Assembly (NCBI GenBank): GCA_965199855.1
Contig: OZ241326.1
Location: 2,400,001-2,464,000 of the forward strand
Source of the DNA: a bacterium
GTDB taxonomy: Bacteria > UBA8248
DNA length: 64,000 nt
Direction of reading: 5' to 3'
Under the pieces are notes generated by a model that was not told the origin of the DNA, searched no databases, and saw only the letters and a list, made by a program, of their open reading frames with translations. Shown here one piece after another: positions 28,929-40,000 of this stretch; the stretch's first letter is position 1, and every line of letters starts with the position of its first letter. A program made the translations under genes and the position numbers.

Positions 28929-30008
28929 GTGCGGATCGCCTTCCTGAACTCCTGGATGCTCGACGCGGCGCGGGGCTCCGGCACGGCGGCGGCCATCGCG
29001 GGCCTGGCGGACGGGCTGGAGGCGAACGGCCACGAGGTGGAGATCGTCGGCCCGCGCGAGCGCGCCTCGAGCCTTCTCCTCCAGCGGCTCCTCTACAACT
29101 TCGAGCTCGGGGAGCGGCTCCCTCCGGACGGCTTCGACCTCGTCACGGGCTTCGACATCGACGGCTTCTGGCTGGACGTCCGCGCCCCCTTCGTCGTCTT
29201 TCTGCACGGCGTGGCGGCGGACGAGATGCGCTTCGAGCGCGGCGCGCCGCGCCGGTATCTCCGCGCCCTCTCCCACCTCGAGCGCGCCAACGCGCGGCGC
29301 GCGGGCAGGGTCCTCCTCACCAGCGAATACAGCCGCCGCGCGGCCTGCGAGGCGTATGATCTTCCGCCGGAGAAGGTCGGCGTGGTTCCGAACGGGATTC
29401 ATCCGGCCCACTGGGAGCGCGTCCGGCGGATGAAGGGGCCGCCGGGCCGGACCATCCTCTCGGTGGCGCGGCAGTATCCCCGGAAGAACACGCGGAGCCT
29501 GATTCGCGCCATGCCGCGGGTGCTCGCCGCCCTCCCCGACGCGAGGCTGCGCGTCGTGGGCGGGGGACCGAGCCTGGGCGCCCTGCGAAGGCAGGCGACC
29601 AGCCTGGGGCTGGGCGGGGCGGTGACGCTTCTGGGCGAGATTCCCGACGATGAGGCCGCGCGCCTGGAATACGCGGCGGCGGACGTGTTCTGCCTCCCCT
29701 CGCTCCAGGAGGGCTTCGGCATCGCGTTTCTGGAGGCCATGGCGGCGGGGCTGCCCGTCGTGGGGCTGCGCGCCGCGGCCGCGCCCGAGGTCGTGGGCGA
29801 GGCGGGCGTTCTCCTGCCGCCCGGGGACGCCCCCGGCGGGGAGGCCGACGCGCGCGCCCTGGCCGACGCGCTCATCGGCCTCCTGAAGGACGAGGCGCTG
29901 CGCGAGAGGCTCGGACGCGCCGGCGCCGCGCGCGCGGCGGCCTACGACTGGCGCGCCGTCGCCCGCCGCTTCCTGGAGGAGGCCGCGCCCCTCCTTGCGG
30001 CTCCGTAG
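28929..30008 (+). CDS. Glycosyltransferase family 4
   Basis: VVPNGI, RKN, ADVFCLPSLQEGFGIAFLEAMAAGLPVV. Confidence 0.93.
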   Translation: MRIAFLNSWMLDAARGSGTAAAIAGLADGLEANGHEVEIVGPRERASSLLLQRLLYNFELGERLPPDGFDLVTGFDIDGFWLDVRAPFVVFLHGVAADEMRFERGAPRRYLRALSHLERANARRAGRVLLTSEYSRRAACEAYDLPPEKVGVVPNGIHPAHWERVRRMKGPPGRTILSVARQYPRKNTRSLIRAMPRVLAALPDARLRVVGGGPSLGALRRQATSLGLGGAVTLLGEIPDDEAARLEYAAADVFCLPSLQEGFGIAFLEAMAAGLPVVGLRAAAAPEVVGEAGVLLPPGDAPGGEADARALADALIGLLKDEALRERLGRAGAARAAAYDWRAVARRFLEEAAPLLAAP

Positions 30009-30665
30009 GGGCGACCCCTCCCCGGGGCCGCCCCGCAATTCGGGAACCGTCCTCATTCAAGGGGCATTCGCATCACGGGCGGCGGGGCGTTCCCGAACGA
30101 TCCCTGCGGGATTTTCACGCATCGGCGGGGCGGGATGCGGCGAAGGACAATCCCCGTGGTTGTTCGCTGCGGAGGGCGGGCGCGGTTCGTCTTCGTAGGG
30201 GCGGTTCGAGAACCGCCCGTTTTGAAGAAAGACAATCAAAACCCTGGATTCCGGCCTTCGCCGGAATGACGGGTTTGAGGCGGCGCTCGCCGGAGGGGAA
30301 ATCCTCGCCGCCGTTCGAGCGGCGTCTTCAAACAGGGAAAGGGTTGGCCTTTCGTCGTCATTCCGGCGAAGGCCGGAATCCCGAACCGGCGCGCGCGGCG
30401 GAAAAGAGCCTTTCCGGCCCATCCATCCGTGGGCCGCGTATATGCGCCCCGCGTTGTTTTTCATGGACGGCGACGCGGGCGGCCTTCGCGCGAACCGCCC
30501 CTACGGGATTTTCGCGCCTTGCCGGCGCGCGAACCCGGCGAAGGACAACCACAGGGGGTTGTCCCTACGCCCCACGTCTTTCGGTGACAAAAAACGGGCG
30601 CGGGGATCGTCGGTGGATCCCCGCGCCCGGTTTCTTCAAATGCGGGCGGTTCGCGCGAAGGCCGC
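30005..30665. repeat. REP mosaic array 5
   Basis: Same GTAG and CGTC units. 30210-30480 is a diverged copy of the block at 42326-42605 and 46700-46985. Confidence 0.88.
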
Positions 30666-30673
30666 CCGCGCGC

Positions 30674-33600
30674 CTAGAACTTCACGCCGAGGCTCGCGTC
30701 GCCGCCGTATTGGTTCGTGTCGCTTCCGCTCGCCTCGTAGTGGCCGGAGACGGTGAGCGCCGCGCTCTCGCCCAGCGCCACGGTGCCGCCCACGACCACG
30801 CGCGCCGTCGTCGGCTCGACCTTCGTCCAGATTCTGGCGTCGGCGACCTTCACGGTCGTCTCGTCGGAGAGCTCGCGCTCGATGTCCGCCGAGAGGAACG
30901 CCCGCGCGCCCCGCCCCCACGCCTCCAGGGTGAAGCCCGCCCGCGCCCGCGCGCTCCGCGCCTCCCGCAGCGAGACCCGCGCGGCGGAGCCGACCGAATC
31001 CGCGAAGTCGTCCAGGTCCGCCGACGACCAGACCAGGCCCAGGCGCGGGGTGACGGTGATCGCGCCGCCGGCGAAGGACATCCTCCGCCCGACCTCGACG
31101 CCCGCCGCCGCGCCCGCGCCGCTCGCGTCCTTCTCCAGCGCGCCGCTGATGGTCGAGGCGATCTCGGCCTCGAACCAGGTCGCGTGCCCGGAGAAGTCCA
31201 GATGGAAGCCGCCCCACGCCCAGGTCGCCGAGGCGCCCGCGCCCGCGCCGTTCACGACGATCTCGCCCGTGCCGGACATCTTCGCCTTCGCCTTCAGAAC
31301 GTGCGCCGAGAGGCCGAAGCGGGAAATCCTCCCGCCCAGGTCAACCCCCGCGCGCCCGCCGGATATGCTGTAGTCGTAGCTGAGCTCCTCCGCCGAGGCC
31401 GCCTTGTCCGCCTTCCACTCCCCGCGCGACGCCTCCCCGCGCGCCCAGAAGCCGCTCGCCCCGCGCGGGGCGGAGGTGCGCTCGGCGTAGGTGGGCAGCC
31501 GGTTCAGCGCCAGAAGGACGGAGGGAAGCGCCTCATAGAGCCTGCAGCGCCCGTCCGTCGCCAGGCCGCACCGGAACGACGAGGCCGCGGAGCCTTCCGC
31601 GCCGTCGAGCCGCCTCGTCGTCGTGAAGCCGGTGGTCGCGCCGTTCGCGCTCGCCTCGGCGAAGGTTACCTCCTCCTCCGCGCCGTCGCCGCCGACGGCG
31701 CCCTCCACCCGCGCCATGGCCTGGCCGACGGACGCCGCGTCCACGCCCGCCGCGTGAATGACGACCGACGTCGGGGCGTCGCCGCGAATCGCCATCTCGG
31801 CGCCGTTCGCCTCCACCCGCCCGTTGAGCCCGATGGTCACCGCTCCGCCGTCCCGCAGATGCACCGCCGCGGCTCCCGCCGCCCCGCCCCGCACCAGCCC
31901 GTGGATGACGACGCGCGCCCCGCCGCGCCCGCTCTCCTGGAGGGCGATCGGCGTCCCGACCGAATCCGCCGCCGCCCCGTTCGAGGCGCCCCCCGCCGTC
32001 CGGGTCGCGGCGCCGCCGGGGTCGTCTCCCGTCCAGACGGCCACGCCCGAGGCGCCCGCGAGAACCCGGCCGCGCCGCCCGACGAACAGCGCGCCGCCGC
32101 CCGCGAGATGAACGGCCGCGACCGAGCCGCCCCTCACGGTTCCCTCCACCGCGACGAACTGCCGGCGCATGTTCTTCGCGGTCTCCGCCAGGAGCAGGCG
32201 CCTGCCCCAGTCCGAGCTGCTTCTCACGTCGCCAAGGCCCGCGTTTCGGAGGTGGACGCCGGACTTCGCGCCGGAGACGCTCCCCCCCTCGGCCACGGAG
32301 ACCTCCAGGCGGCCGTTGCCGGCCTCCTCCGCCCTGTAGTGCGCGTAGATGCCGGATTCGGTCTCGGAGGAGATGGAGCCGCTGTTGACGACTTCGACGT
32401 CGCCCCTGCTCGCCTTCGGATGCGCATAGACGCCCGAGAGCCGCGCGTCGATGGTCCCGGCGTTGGCGACGCTGACCGTCCCGCTCCTCTGCCCGGCGTC
32501 GCTCAGCCAGGCATAGACGCCCTCGGCGAACTTCGAGGAGAGCCTCGCGCCCCTCGCTACGCTCACCTCCACGGAGCCCGCCTCGTGGTTCACCGCCTCG
32601 ACGGCGATCCCCTTCGACCTGACCGAGCCGCCCGAGACCTCGACCCTGGCGAGCCCCCGGTTCACGGGGGCGCGGTAGTCGGCGTGGGCGGGGGCGTCCT
32701 CCTGCCTCCATCGGCCGACCTGGGCGGCGATGCCCTTCTGGCAGTGGCGCACCGGGGCGATGCTCCCCTCGCAGTCCTCGATGTCGCTGGCGTGGCTGAC
32801 GTCGATGTCGCCGCCCGAGTGGGTGACGGAGACGCCGGAGTTCGCGCCGGTCGCGTCCCCGGCGCTCGTCATGGCGAAGACGCCGTAGCGCGTCGCCCAG
32901 AGGTCGCCGCTGTTGGCGACCGAGACGCCGCCCGCGGCGAAGTTCGCGCCCTGGTGCGAGGCGGAGAGCCCGCGATCGGCCCGCGAGTCGGCCCTGCCGA
33001 CGTCGCCGCTGTTGGCGATCGTGACGCTCCCGGAGCCCCGCGCCTGCGCCCGGACGCCGTAGATTTGCGCCGAGATGGCGCCCGTGTTCCTGATCTCGAC
33101 GCCGCCGCCGGCGCCTTCGTGCCCGACGAAGACGCCGTATCCGTGCCTGCGCCTCCCGGACGCCTCGCCGATGGCGCCGCTGTTGGCGACCGTGACGCTC
33201 CCGGAGCCCGTCTTCGAGACGCTGATGGCCGGCCAGGGGGAATTCGAGGTCAGCCCGATGGCGCCGCTGTTCGTGACCGAAACGTCGCCGCCCGCGCCGT
33301 CGTGCTGGACGGCGATGCCGGTTTTCGCCGCGCTGATCGCCGCCGCCTGGGTGATCCGCACGCTCCCGTCCGCGTTGCCCGGATCATAGATCGCGGCGTA
33401 GATGCCGTGCTCGCTCGCGGAGGCGAGCGCGGCGCCGGAGGAGACGCTGACCTCCACCCCGCCCGCCTCGTAGTTCGCCGCCTCGATGGCCGTCCCCTTG
33501 GAGGATATCGACCCGCCCGTGACGGCGACCCTGGCGACGCCCCGGTTCGCGGGCGCGACGTAGTCGGCGTGGGCGGGGCTGCTCTCCTGCCGCCAGTTGC

Positions 33601-35155
33601 CGACCCGCGCCACGATGCCCTGGCGGTTGCTCCTGACGGCGGCGTCCGTCGCGACGCTGATGACGCCGGCCGAATGGGTCACGCTCGTCCCGGCGTTCGC
33701 GCCGTCGGCGTCATGCAGCTTCGTCTGCGCCAGGATGCCGTATTCCGTCGCCGTGATGGAGGCGCTGTTGGAGACTGTCACGCCGCCGGCGGCGCCCGCG
33801 CCGTCGTGCGAGACGAAAATGCCGCGCGCCGCCCTCGCGCCCGCCCTGCCGATGGCGCCCCTGTTGGCGACCGAAATGGCGCCGGTCGCCCCCGCCCTCG
33901 CCACGGCGAAAATGCCGCTGCCGCCCGCCTCGATGACGCCGCTGTTGGTCACCGTCATGGCGCCCGAGCCCGCCTCGACGACGGAGGTGATGCCGTGGAA
34001 GGGCGCCTTGATCGTCCCCTCGTTGGCGACGGCGAGCTTCCCGCTCGCGTTGCCCGCGTCGGTCAGCGCGGCCTCGATGCCGTGGCCGCGCGTGGAGGTG
34101 AGCGCGACGCCCCTGGAGACGCTGACCTCCACCCCGCCCGCCTCGTAGTTGATCGCCTGGATGGCGCTCTGCTCCGAGCGGATCGACCCGCCCGTGACGG
34201 AGACACTGGCCAGCCCCGCGTTCCTGGGGGCGACGTAGTTGGCGTGGGCGGCGTTGGTCTCCTGCCTGGCTTCGCCCACGTGCGCCCTGACGCCCGCGCC
34301 GCCCGTCGCCACCGAGATGGCCCCGGCCGAATGGGTGATGGAGACGCCCGCGTTCGCGCCCGCGCCGTCCTTGCCGGTCGTTTTGGCGAAGATGCCCTCG
34401 TCGTTCGTCGCGTCCGCCGACGTGATGGCGCCGCTGTTCTCGACCACGACCGCGCCGGCGGCGCCCGAGTCGCTGACGTAGATGCCCCTGCCGTCCGTCG
34501 TGACGGCGCCGCGGTTCCTGACCGTGACCCCGCCGGCGCCGCGGTTGTCAACGTGGACGCCGTCGTCCTCGGAGCGGATCGCCGCCGCCGTGGTGACCGA
34601 AATGTCGCCGGCGTCGCTCTCGTAGGTCGTGACCTCGATGCCGCGGCTCTCCATCTTCGCGGTCGCCGTCCCGATGGTCACGCCGCTCCTGACGTCCAGC
34701 GTCGTCGTGGCGCCGTCCCCGTCGCGCTGGAAGACGACGATGCCGCGGTTGTTGTACCAACTGCTCGCCCGCGTGCCGCTCTGCCTGATGGCGACGGCGC
34801 CCCCGCTTCCGACCGTGAGGCCGATGTTGCGGACCGGGGACGTCCGGGGCGAGGTCGCATCGTCGTTCGTTCTGATGGTGATGCCGTTGTGCAGGCCGTT
34901 GTTCGCCCCGGCCGTGATCGTCGTCGCCGCCCCGCCCGTGACGGTGAGCGTGACGGCGTTCGCCAGATCCCAATAGACGATGCCGGTATACGCCGCGTCC
35001 GGGCAGGTCTCAGTGAACGAGTTGCCCGCATTGAGCGCCCCGCAGTCATCCCGCGCCCGCGCCGTCCCCGGCGCGAGGAGGAGCGCCGCCAGAAGGACGG
35101 CGGAAAACGCGGCGCGCGCGAGGGGGTGGATTCGTTCGGGGCGGTAGCCGTTCAT
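30674..35155 (-). CDS. Autotransporter (type Va) adhesin-like protein 1
   Basis: Signal peptide ending ARA; Gly/Ala/Ser-rich beta-helical passenger (V-x-N-S-G-A-I repeats); linker RLYEALPSVL; C-terminal beta-barrel ending LGVKF. Confidence 0.9.
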   Translation of the reverse strand: MNGYRPERIHPLARAAFSAVLLAALLLAPGTARARDDCGALNAGNSFTETCPDAAYTGIVYWDLANAVTLTVTGGAATTITAGANNGLHNGITIRTNDDATSPRTSPVRNIGLTVGSGGAVAIRQSGTRASSWYNNRGIVVFQRDGDGATTTLDVRSGVTIGTATAKMESRGIEVTTYESDAGDISVTTAAAIRSEDDGVHVDNRGAGGVTVRNRGAVTTDGRGIYVSDSGAAGAVVVENSGAITSADATNDEGIFAKTTGKDGAGANAGVSITHSAGAISVATGGAGVRAHVGEARQETNAAHANYVAPRNAGLASVSVTGGSIRSEQSAIQAINYEAGGVEVSVSRGVALTSTRGHGIEAALTDAGNASGKLAVANEGTIKAPFHGITSVVEAGSGAMTVTNSGVIEAGGSGIFAVARAGATGAISVANRGAIGRAGARAARGIFVSHDGAGAAGGVTVSNSASITATEYGILAQTKLHDADGANAGTSVTHSAGVISVATDAAVRSNRQGIVARVGNWRQESSPAHADYVAPANRGVARVAVTGGSISSKGTAIEAANYEAGGVEVSVSSGAALASASEHGIYAAIYDPGNADGSVRITQAAAISAAKTGIAVQHDGAGGDVSVTNSGAIGLTSNSPWPAISVSKTGSGSVTVANSGAIGEASGRRRHGYGVFVGHEGAGGGVEIRNTGAISAQIYGVRAQARGSGSVTIANSGDVGRADSRADRGLSASHQGANFAAGGVSVANSGDLWATRYGVFAMTSAGDATGANSGVSVTHSGGDIDVSHASDIEDCEGSIAPVRHCQKGIAAQVGRWRQEDAPAHADYRAPVNRGLARVEVSGGSVRSKGIAVEAVNHEAGSVEVSVARGARLSSKFAEGVYAWLSDAGQRSGTVSVANAGTIDARLSGVYAHPKASRGDVEVVNSGSISSETESGIYAHYRAEEAGNGRLEVSVAEGGSVSGAKSGVHLRNAGLGDVRSSSDWGRRLLLAETAKNMRRQFVAVEGTVRGGSVAAVHLAGGGALFVGRRGRVLAGASGVAVWTGDDPGGAATRTAGGASNGAAADSVGTPIALQESGRGGARVVIHGLVRGGAAGAAAVHLRDGGAVTIGLNGRVEANGAEMAIRGDAPTSVVIHAAGVDAASVGQAMARVEGAVGGDGAEEEVTFAEASANGATTGFTTTRRLDGAEGSAASSFRCGLATDGRCRLYEALPSVLLALNRLPTYAERTSAPRGASGFWARGEASRGEWKADKAASAEELSYDYSISGGRAGVDLGGRISRFGLSAHVLKAKAKMSGTGEIVVNGAGAGASATWAWGGFHLDFSGHATWFEAEIASTISGALEKDASGAGAAAGVEVGRRMSFAGGAITVTPRLGLVWSSADLDDFADSVGSAARVSLREARSARARAGFTLEAWGRGARAFLSADIERELSDETTVKVADARIWTKVEPTTARVVVGGTVALGESAALTVSGHYEASGSDTNQYGGDASLGVKF

Positions 35156-35559
35156 GTCGTCTCCCGTCTTTCTTTCCGCTCCATTCGCGCCGAGCGGTCG
35201 AATCGGGTCATGGACGGGAAGCGCCTCGTTTTTCCGGGGCGCTTCGGGCGGTCCGTCCTGAAATCCGGCGAAAAAACGCCCGCGTCCGCCCCCGCGCCTC
35301 TCCTCCGTTCGGACGAAAGAGGGGCGCGGAAGGACGAAGCGAAGGCGCGGAGATCGGGGTCAGAAGGAGAGAAGAAGGACGAATCGGCAACGCCGGGCAG
35401 GGCGCGCCTCGCGCGCGAATGCCGCGATATATCGTAAGAAACGCCTCTTCGGAGGCGGCGCGCGGGAAGTCCCGCGTGCGCGGGCGATGCGTTGGCTTCG
35501 GGCGGCGACATTTTCCTTTCCATCTAACGTCTTGCGAGAAAAAGAGATACAAGCGTCGC

Positions 35560-35609
35560 TTCAAGTAAATTGTTTCAAGTAAATTATACAAAATCAAGCG
35601 AATTGTCAA
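35560..35609 (-). promoter_or_regulatory. Putative sigma70 promoter of autotransporter 1 with overlapping direct repeats
   Basis: Minus strand: TTGACA (35609-35604), then TATAAT at 15 bp or TAATTT at 17 bp. TTCAAGTAAATT occurs twice (35560, 35574) in an AT-rich island. Confidence 0.6.
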
Positions 35610-35629
35610 GAGATGGCCAAATCCGCCGC

Positions 35630-37010
35630 CCGGCGCGGACAACCACAGGGGGATTGTCCCTACGGGGCCGCGCCATCGCCAACCCGCAGGCGGGGTTTTG
35701 ATTTTGGTTTTGGCGTAGGGGACGCATTCATGCGTCCCGCCCGGCGTTCGGCGGGGGACGCGGGGTTTGTGATTTCGCAGGGGCGCCCCCTCCTCGGGGC
35801 CGCCCCACAATTCGGGAACCGCCCGTATTTATTTAGAAGGGTTAACATCGTAGGCGGCGGGTCGTTCACGAACGACCCCTACGGAATGTTCGCGCCCCGG
35901 CGGAATGAGGAACCCGGCGCGGACAACCACGGGGGGTTGTCCCTACGGGGCCGCGCCATCGCCAACCCGCAGGCGGGGTTTTGATTTTGGTTTTGGCGCA
36001 GGGGACGCATATATGCGTCCCGCGCCGTTCCCGTTTGGGGATGGTTGCCTATGGGTGATGATGGGGCGTAGGGGCGGTTCGGGAACCGCCCGTTTTGAAG
36101 GGAAGACAATCAAAACCCTGGATTCCGGCCTTCGCTGGAATGACGGCCGGGGATGCCCCTACGGCGGTGAACGCGGGGTTTATGGCTTCGTAGGTGAAAC
36201 GCGAGAGCGTTTCCATATATGCGTCCCGCCCGGCGTTTGGCGGGGAACGCGGGGTTTGTGGTTTCGCAGGGGCGGTTGCCTATGATGATGGGCCGTAGGG
36301 GCGGTTCGTGAACCGCCCGTTTTGAAGGAAGACGATCAAAACCCTGGATTCCGCAATCCCTCCGCCTTGTCGGGATTGACGCCGCGAATGACGGCCGGGG
36401 ATTCCCCCTACGGCGGGGAACGCGGGGTTTGTGATTTCGCAGGGGCGGCCCCTCCCCGGGGCCGCCCCGCAATTCGGGAACCGCCCGTATTCAAAAGACA
36501 TTCGCATCGGAGCCGGCGGGTCGTTCACGAACGACCCCTACGGGGATGGTCGCGCGTCGGCGGAATGAGGAACCCGGCGCGGACAACCACGGGGGGTTGT
36601 CCCTACGGAGGGGCCAAATCGCCGTGATCCGCATCGTGGCCGGCCCGCGAACGGGGCAGCGAATTCGCGGCCCCTACGGGCGGGGGTTTTGATTCCGCGT
36701 AGGGGACGCATATATGCGTCCCGCCCGGCGTTTGGCGGGGAACGCGGGGTTTGTGATTTCGCAGGGGCGGTTGCCTATGATGATGGGCCGTAGGGGCGGC
36801 CCCCTGCGGCCGCCCGTCGTCAATGGCGAGGATGGGGTGGGGATATTGTAGGGGCGGTTCGTGAACCGCCCGTTTTGACGGCGTGGGCCGACAACCCGGC
36901 GATTGTCCGTTTGGTCGGCGCGGGCGGGGCGTTCCCGAACGCCCCCTACGGGCGAAATGCGCGAAGGACACCGCAGGGGTTTGTCCCTACGATTCGCCCC
37001 TACGCGAATG
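35630..37010. repeat. REP mosaic array 6 (between the two autotransporters)
   Basis: About 1.4 kb of GTAG/CGTC units with internal direct duplications (35630-35740 vs 35913-36022; 36214-36305 vs 36709-36798). Confidence 0.92.
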
Positions 37011-37026
37011 CGCCGCCGGGCGAATC

Positions 37027-40000
37027 CTAGAACCGCATTTCCGCGCTCAGGCGGGCGCCGAGGGTCTTGTCGTCGGAGCCCGGGCCGGAGGAGGAGATTT
37101 CCCCGCCTATCGTGAAGCGTCCCTTGCGCCAGCGCGCCCCCAGACCCACCAGAAAGCGGGAGCCGTCCGCCTCCGCGTGGAGCCGCTCGCCGGAGACCTC
37201 GACGGAGGTCTTCTCGCCGCTCAGGACGGTCTCCAGATCAAGCGAGCCGCGCAGGGCGAGCGTCCCCCCGGCCGCGCCCCGAACGAGCTCCGCCGCCGCG
37301 CCGAAGCCCCCCGAGAGCCGGTCGCCCTCGATGAGCCTGACCCGCGCCCCGAGAGCGTCCGTGAAGCCCTCCATCGAGATCCGCGAGCGCGTGAGCCACG
37401 CCCGGGGCGTGAGCGCGAACCTCTCGCCGGGCGCGAGGCGGCGGCCGGCCTCCACGTCCAGAACGCGGACGCCCGCGCCCACTTCGCCCCGCAGCCTGCC
37501 CCATTTCCTGGAAGTGAGATCAGCGTCGTAGTCCATGACGGAGAACTCCCCGCGCAGATACCAGCCGTCCCCGCTTCTCCACGAGAGTCCCGCGCCCAGG
37601 CCCACGCCGGCGAGGTCGATTTCCCCCTTGCCGTCGGCCAGCGAGGTTTCCGCCGCGCCCCTCTGATGGCGGAGGGAGAGCGAGCCCGTGAGGCCGCTCG
37701 TCCAGGGGAAGGAGACGGCGAGACCCGCCTCCAGCCCCGTGGAGGCGAAGTCGTATTTGGCGGAGGAGGTCGAGCGCCTCGCCCCGCGCGAGCCCTCCGT
37801 CCCCGACAGCCGGACCCAGACGGGCGAGCCGGGAGCGGTCGTCCTCGCCTCCCGCGTCCGGCCGCTCTCCATCCTGTGCAGAAGCCCCGGCAGCGCCTCA
37901 TAGACCCCCGCGCGGGGAGCGTGGCGCTCGATGAGCTCGATTCCCCCGGCCGCCCCCGCGCGCAGGCTCACGTCCCGCGCCCCGTTGGGCGCCTCCGCGC
38001 CCGTGACGCCTTCCGCGGCGCCGCTCAGCTTCACCCCGTTGACGTAGATATCGGGCTCTCCGCCCTCGAGGACGATGGCGCCCGCGATCACGTCCGGCAG
38101 CCGGCGCGCGTCGAGGGTCAGATTCACGCGGAGCGTCCCGCCGCCCGCGCGAATCGAAGCCCCGTCCACCTCCTTCACCACCCCCGCCGCTCCCACCGTC
38201 ACCACCCCGCCCCGATCCAGCAGCACGGCGCACACCCGACCGTCCACGACCACCGAACTCGCCGCCAGATGGATGACGCCCGTCACCTCGCCGCCGGCGG
38301 AGATCGTGACCGCGTGATCGCCCGCGCCCAGGCCCTCCACGTCGCCTTCCACCACGCCGGAGATGATCGCCGTGAGGTCGCCGCCCAGGCTCCGGACGTC
38401 GCCCGTCACCCTTCCGGCTATGGAGACGCGCAGGTCGCCCGCCTCGCTCCGGAGCGCCTCTGTCCCGCCGTCCACCTCGACGCCGGTGAGCGCGCCTGTC
38501 GCGGGAACCGCCACCTCCCCGCCTTCCGCCAGCAAAATCCGCCCGACGCTCCCCGGAACCACCACCGGGCCGACGGGATCGTGGACGGTTCCCGTGATCA
38601 CGCTCCCCGCCGTCGTCGTCAGCATGAGCGCGCCCCCCGCGTTGCGGACGTCGCCCTCGACCCGCCCGGCCACGGTCGCCGTCAAATCCCCCGACCCGTC
38701 CGCCAGAACCCCCACGCCCGAAGTCGCGCCCACCACGCCCGCAGCTCCGACCATGAGCCTGCCGCCGCCCTTCATATAGACGCCCGCGCCCGTTCCGCCC
38801 CTCACCTCCCCGTCAATCGAGACGCTCTGCGCCCGGGAATTCCCCTCGCCTTCGCCCGCCCCGCCCACGTAGAGGCCGTTCCTGCCGCCCGAGACGCTCG
38901 CGCCCTCGGCCACGCTCACCATGATCGCGCCGTTCCTGTCGTGCGCGATGACGTAGCGCGCGTATACCCCGTCGCCCTCGGCGGTTATCGTCCCTCCCGT
39001 CACGTCCACCCGGACGTCGCCCGCGTTGTATCTCAGGGCGAGCGCGCGCACCGTGTCCTTGTAGTCGGCGTAGAGCGAGGAGAGCCTCGCCAGCGCCGCC
39101 TCCAGGTCGCCCCCCAGCAGGAGGGCCTCGAGAATCGCCCGCTCGACGGCGGAGAGCTCCGTCTGCTCGTCGAAGAGCGCCTGCTCCTCGTCCGTCAGGG
39201 GAGGCCACCAGCGGCTCAGCGCCCTGTCGTAGTCGCCGTATCTTACGTAGCGGGCGTACGCGTGATGATCCAGAACGAGGACGCGAATCCCCGTCGGGAC
39301 GAGCTCCAGAATCGCGTCGGCCGCCGCATCCGCCCGCGTCTGGGAGAGGTCCGGCGTCCAGCCGCGCTTGCGAAGAAGCTCCCGCGCCTCCGCCTTCCAG
39401 TCGTCGTCGTAGGCGGCGGGAAGCGCGTCCAGGGCGGCCTCCAGCGCGTCGGAGTCGTTCGCCGTGACGGCGGAGAGAACGGCGCGCTCGCCCGTCGAGA
39501 GCGTCCCGTCCTCGCCGGCGATCCTGGCTCTTATGAAGTCGTCCATCACCGACGCGCCGACCGTAATGTCCCCGCTCGACGCGACGTGAATCATCGGCTC
39601 GGTTCGCGCCGCGTCGTCCGCCGTCCGGGTCCCCTCCCCGAAGGTGGAGCCGCTCGAGCGCGGCGCCCAGGCGTGAACGCCGACGGCGCGCGCCTCGATC
39701 GTCCCCGCGTTCGTGACGAGGAGGCGGCCCGCCGGGCTTCCGTTGTTGAACAGTCTGCCCTGCGCGCCGATGAAGAACGGCGACTCCACCCGCGCCTCCG
39801 CGCCGATGCGGAAATCGATGGAGCCGAGCCCCTGATCGTCGGCGTAAGGCTCGAGGGAGCCGGTGCCGGAGATAAGGCCGGTGGAGCCGAGGCCCTGCTC
39901 CGCGTCCAGCCCCAGGGCGCCCACGCCCTCCGCCCTGATCCGCCCGCTTCCGAAATTCACGATGACGTCGCCGGAGCCGTTCCCGGTGGCGTAGAGGCCG

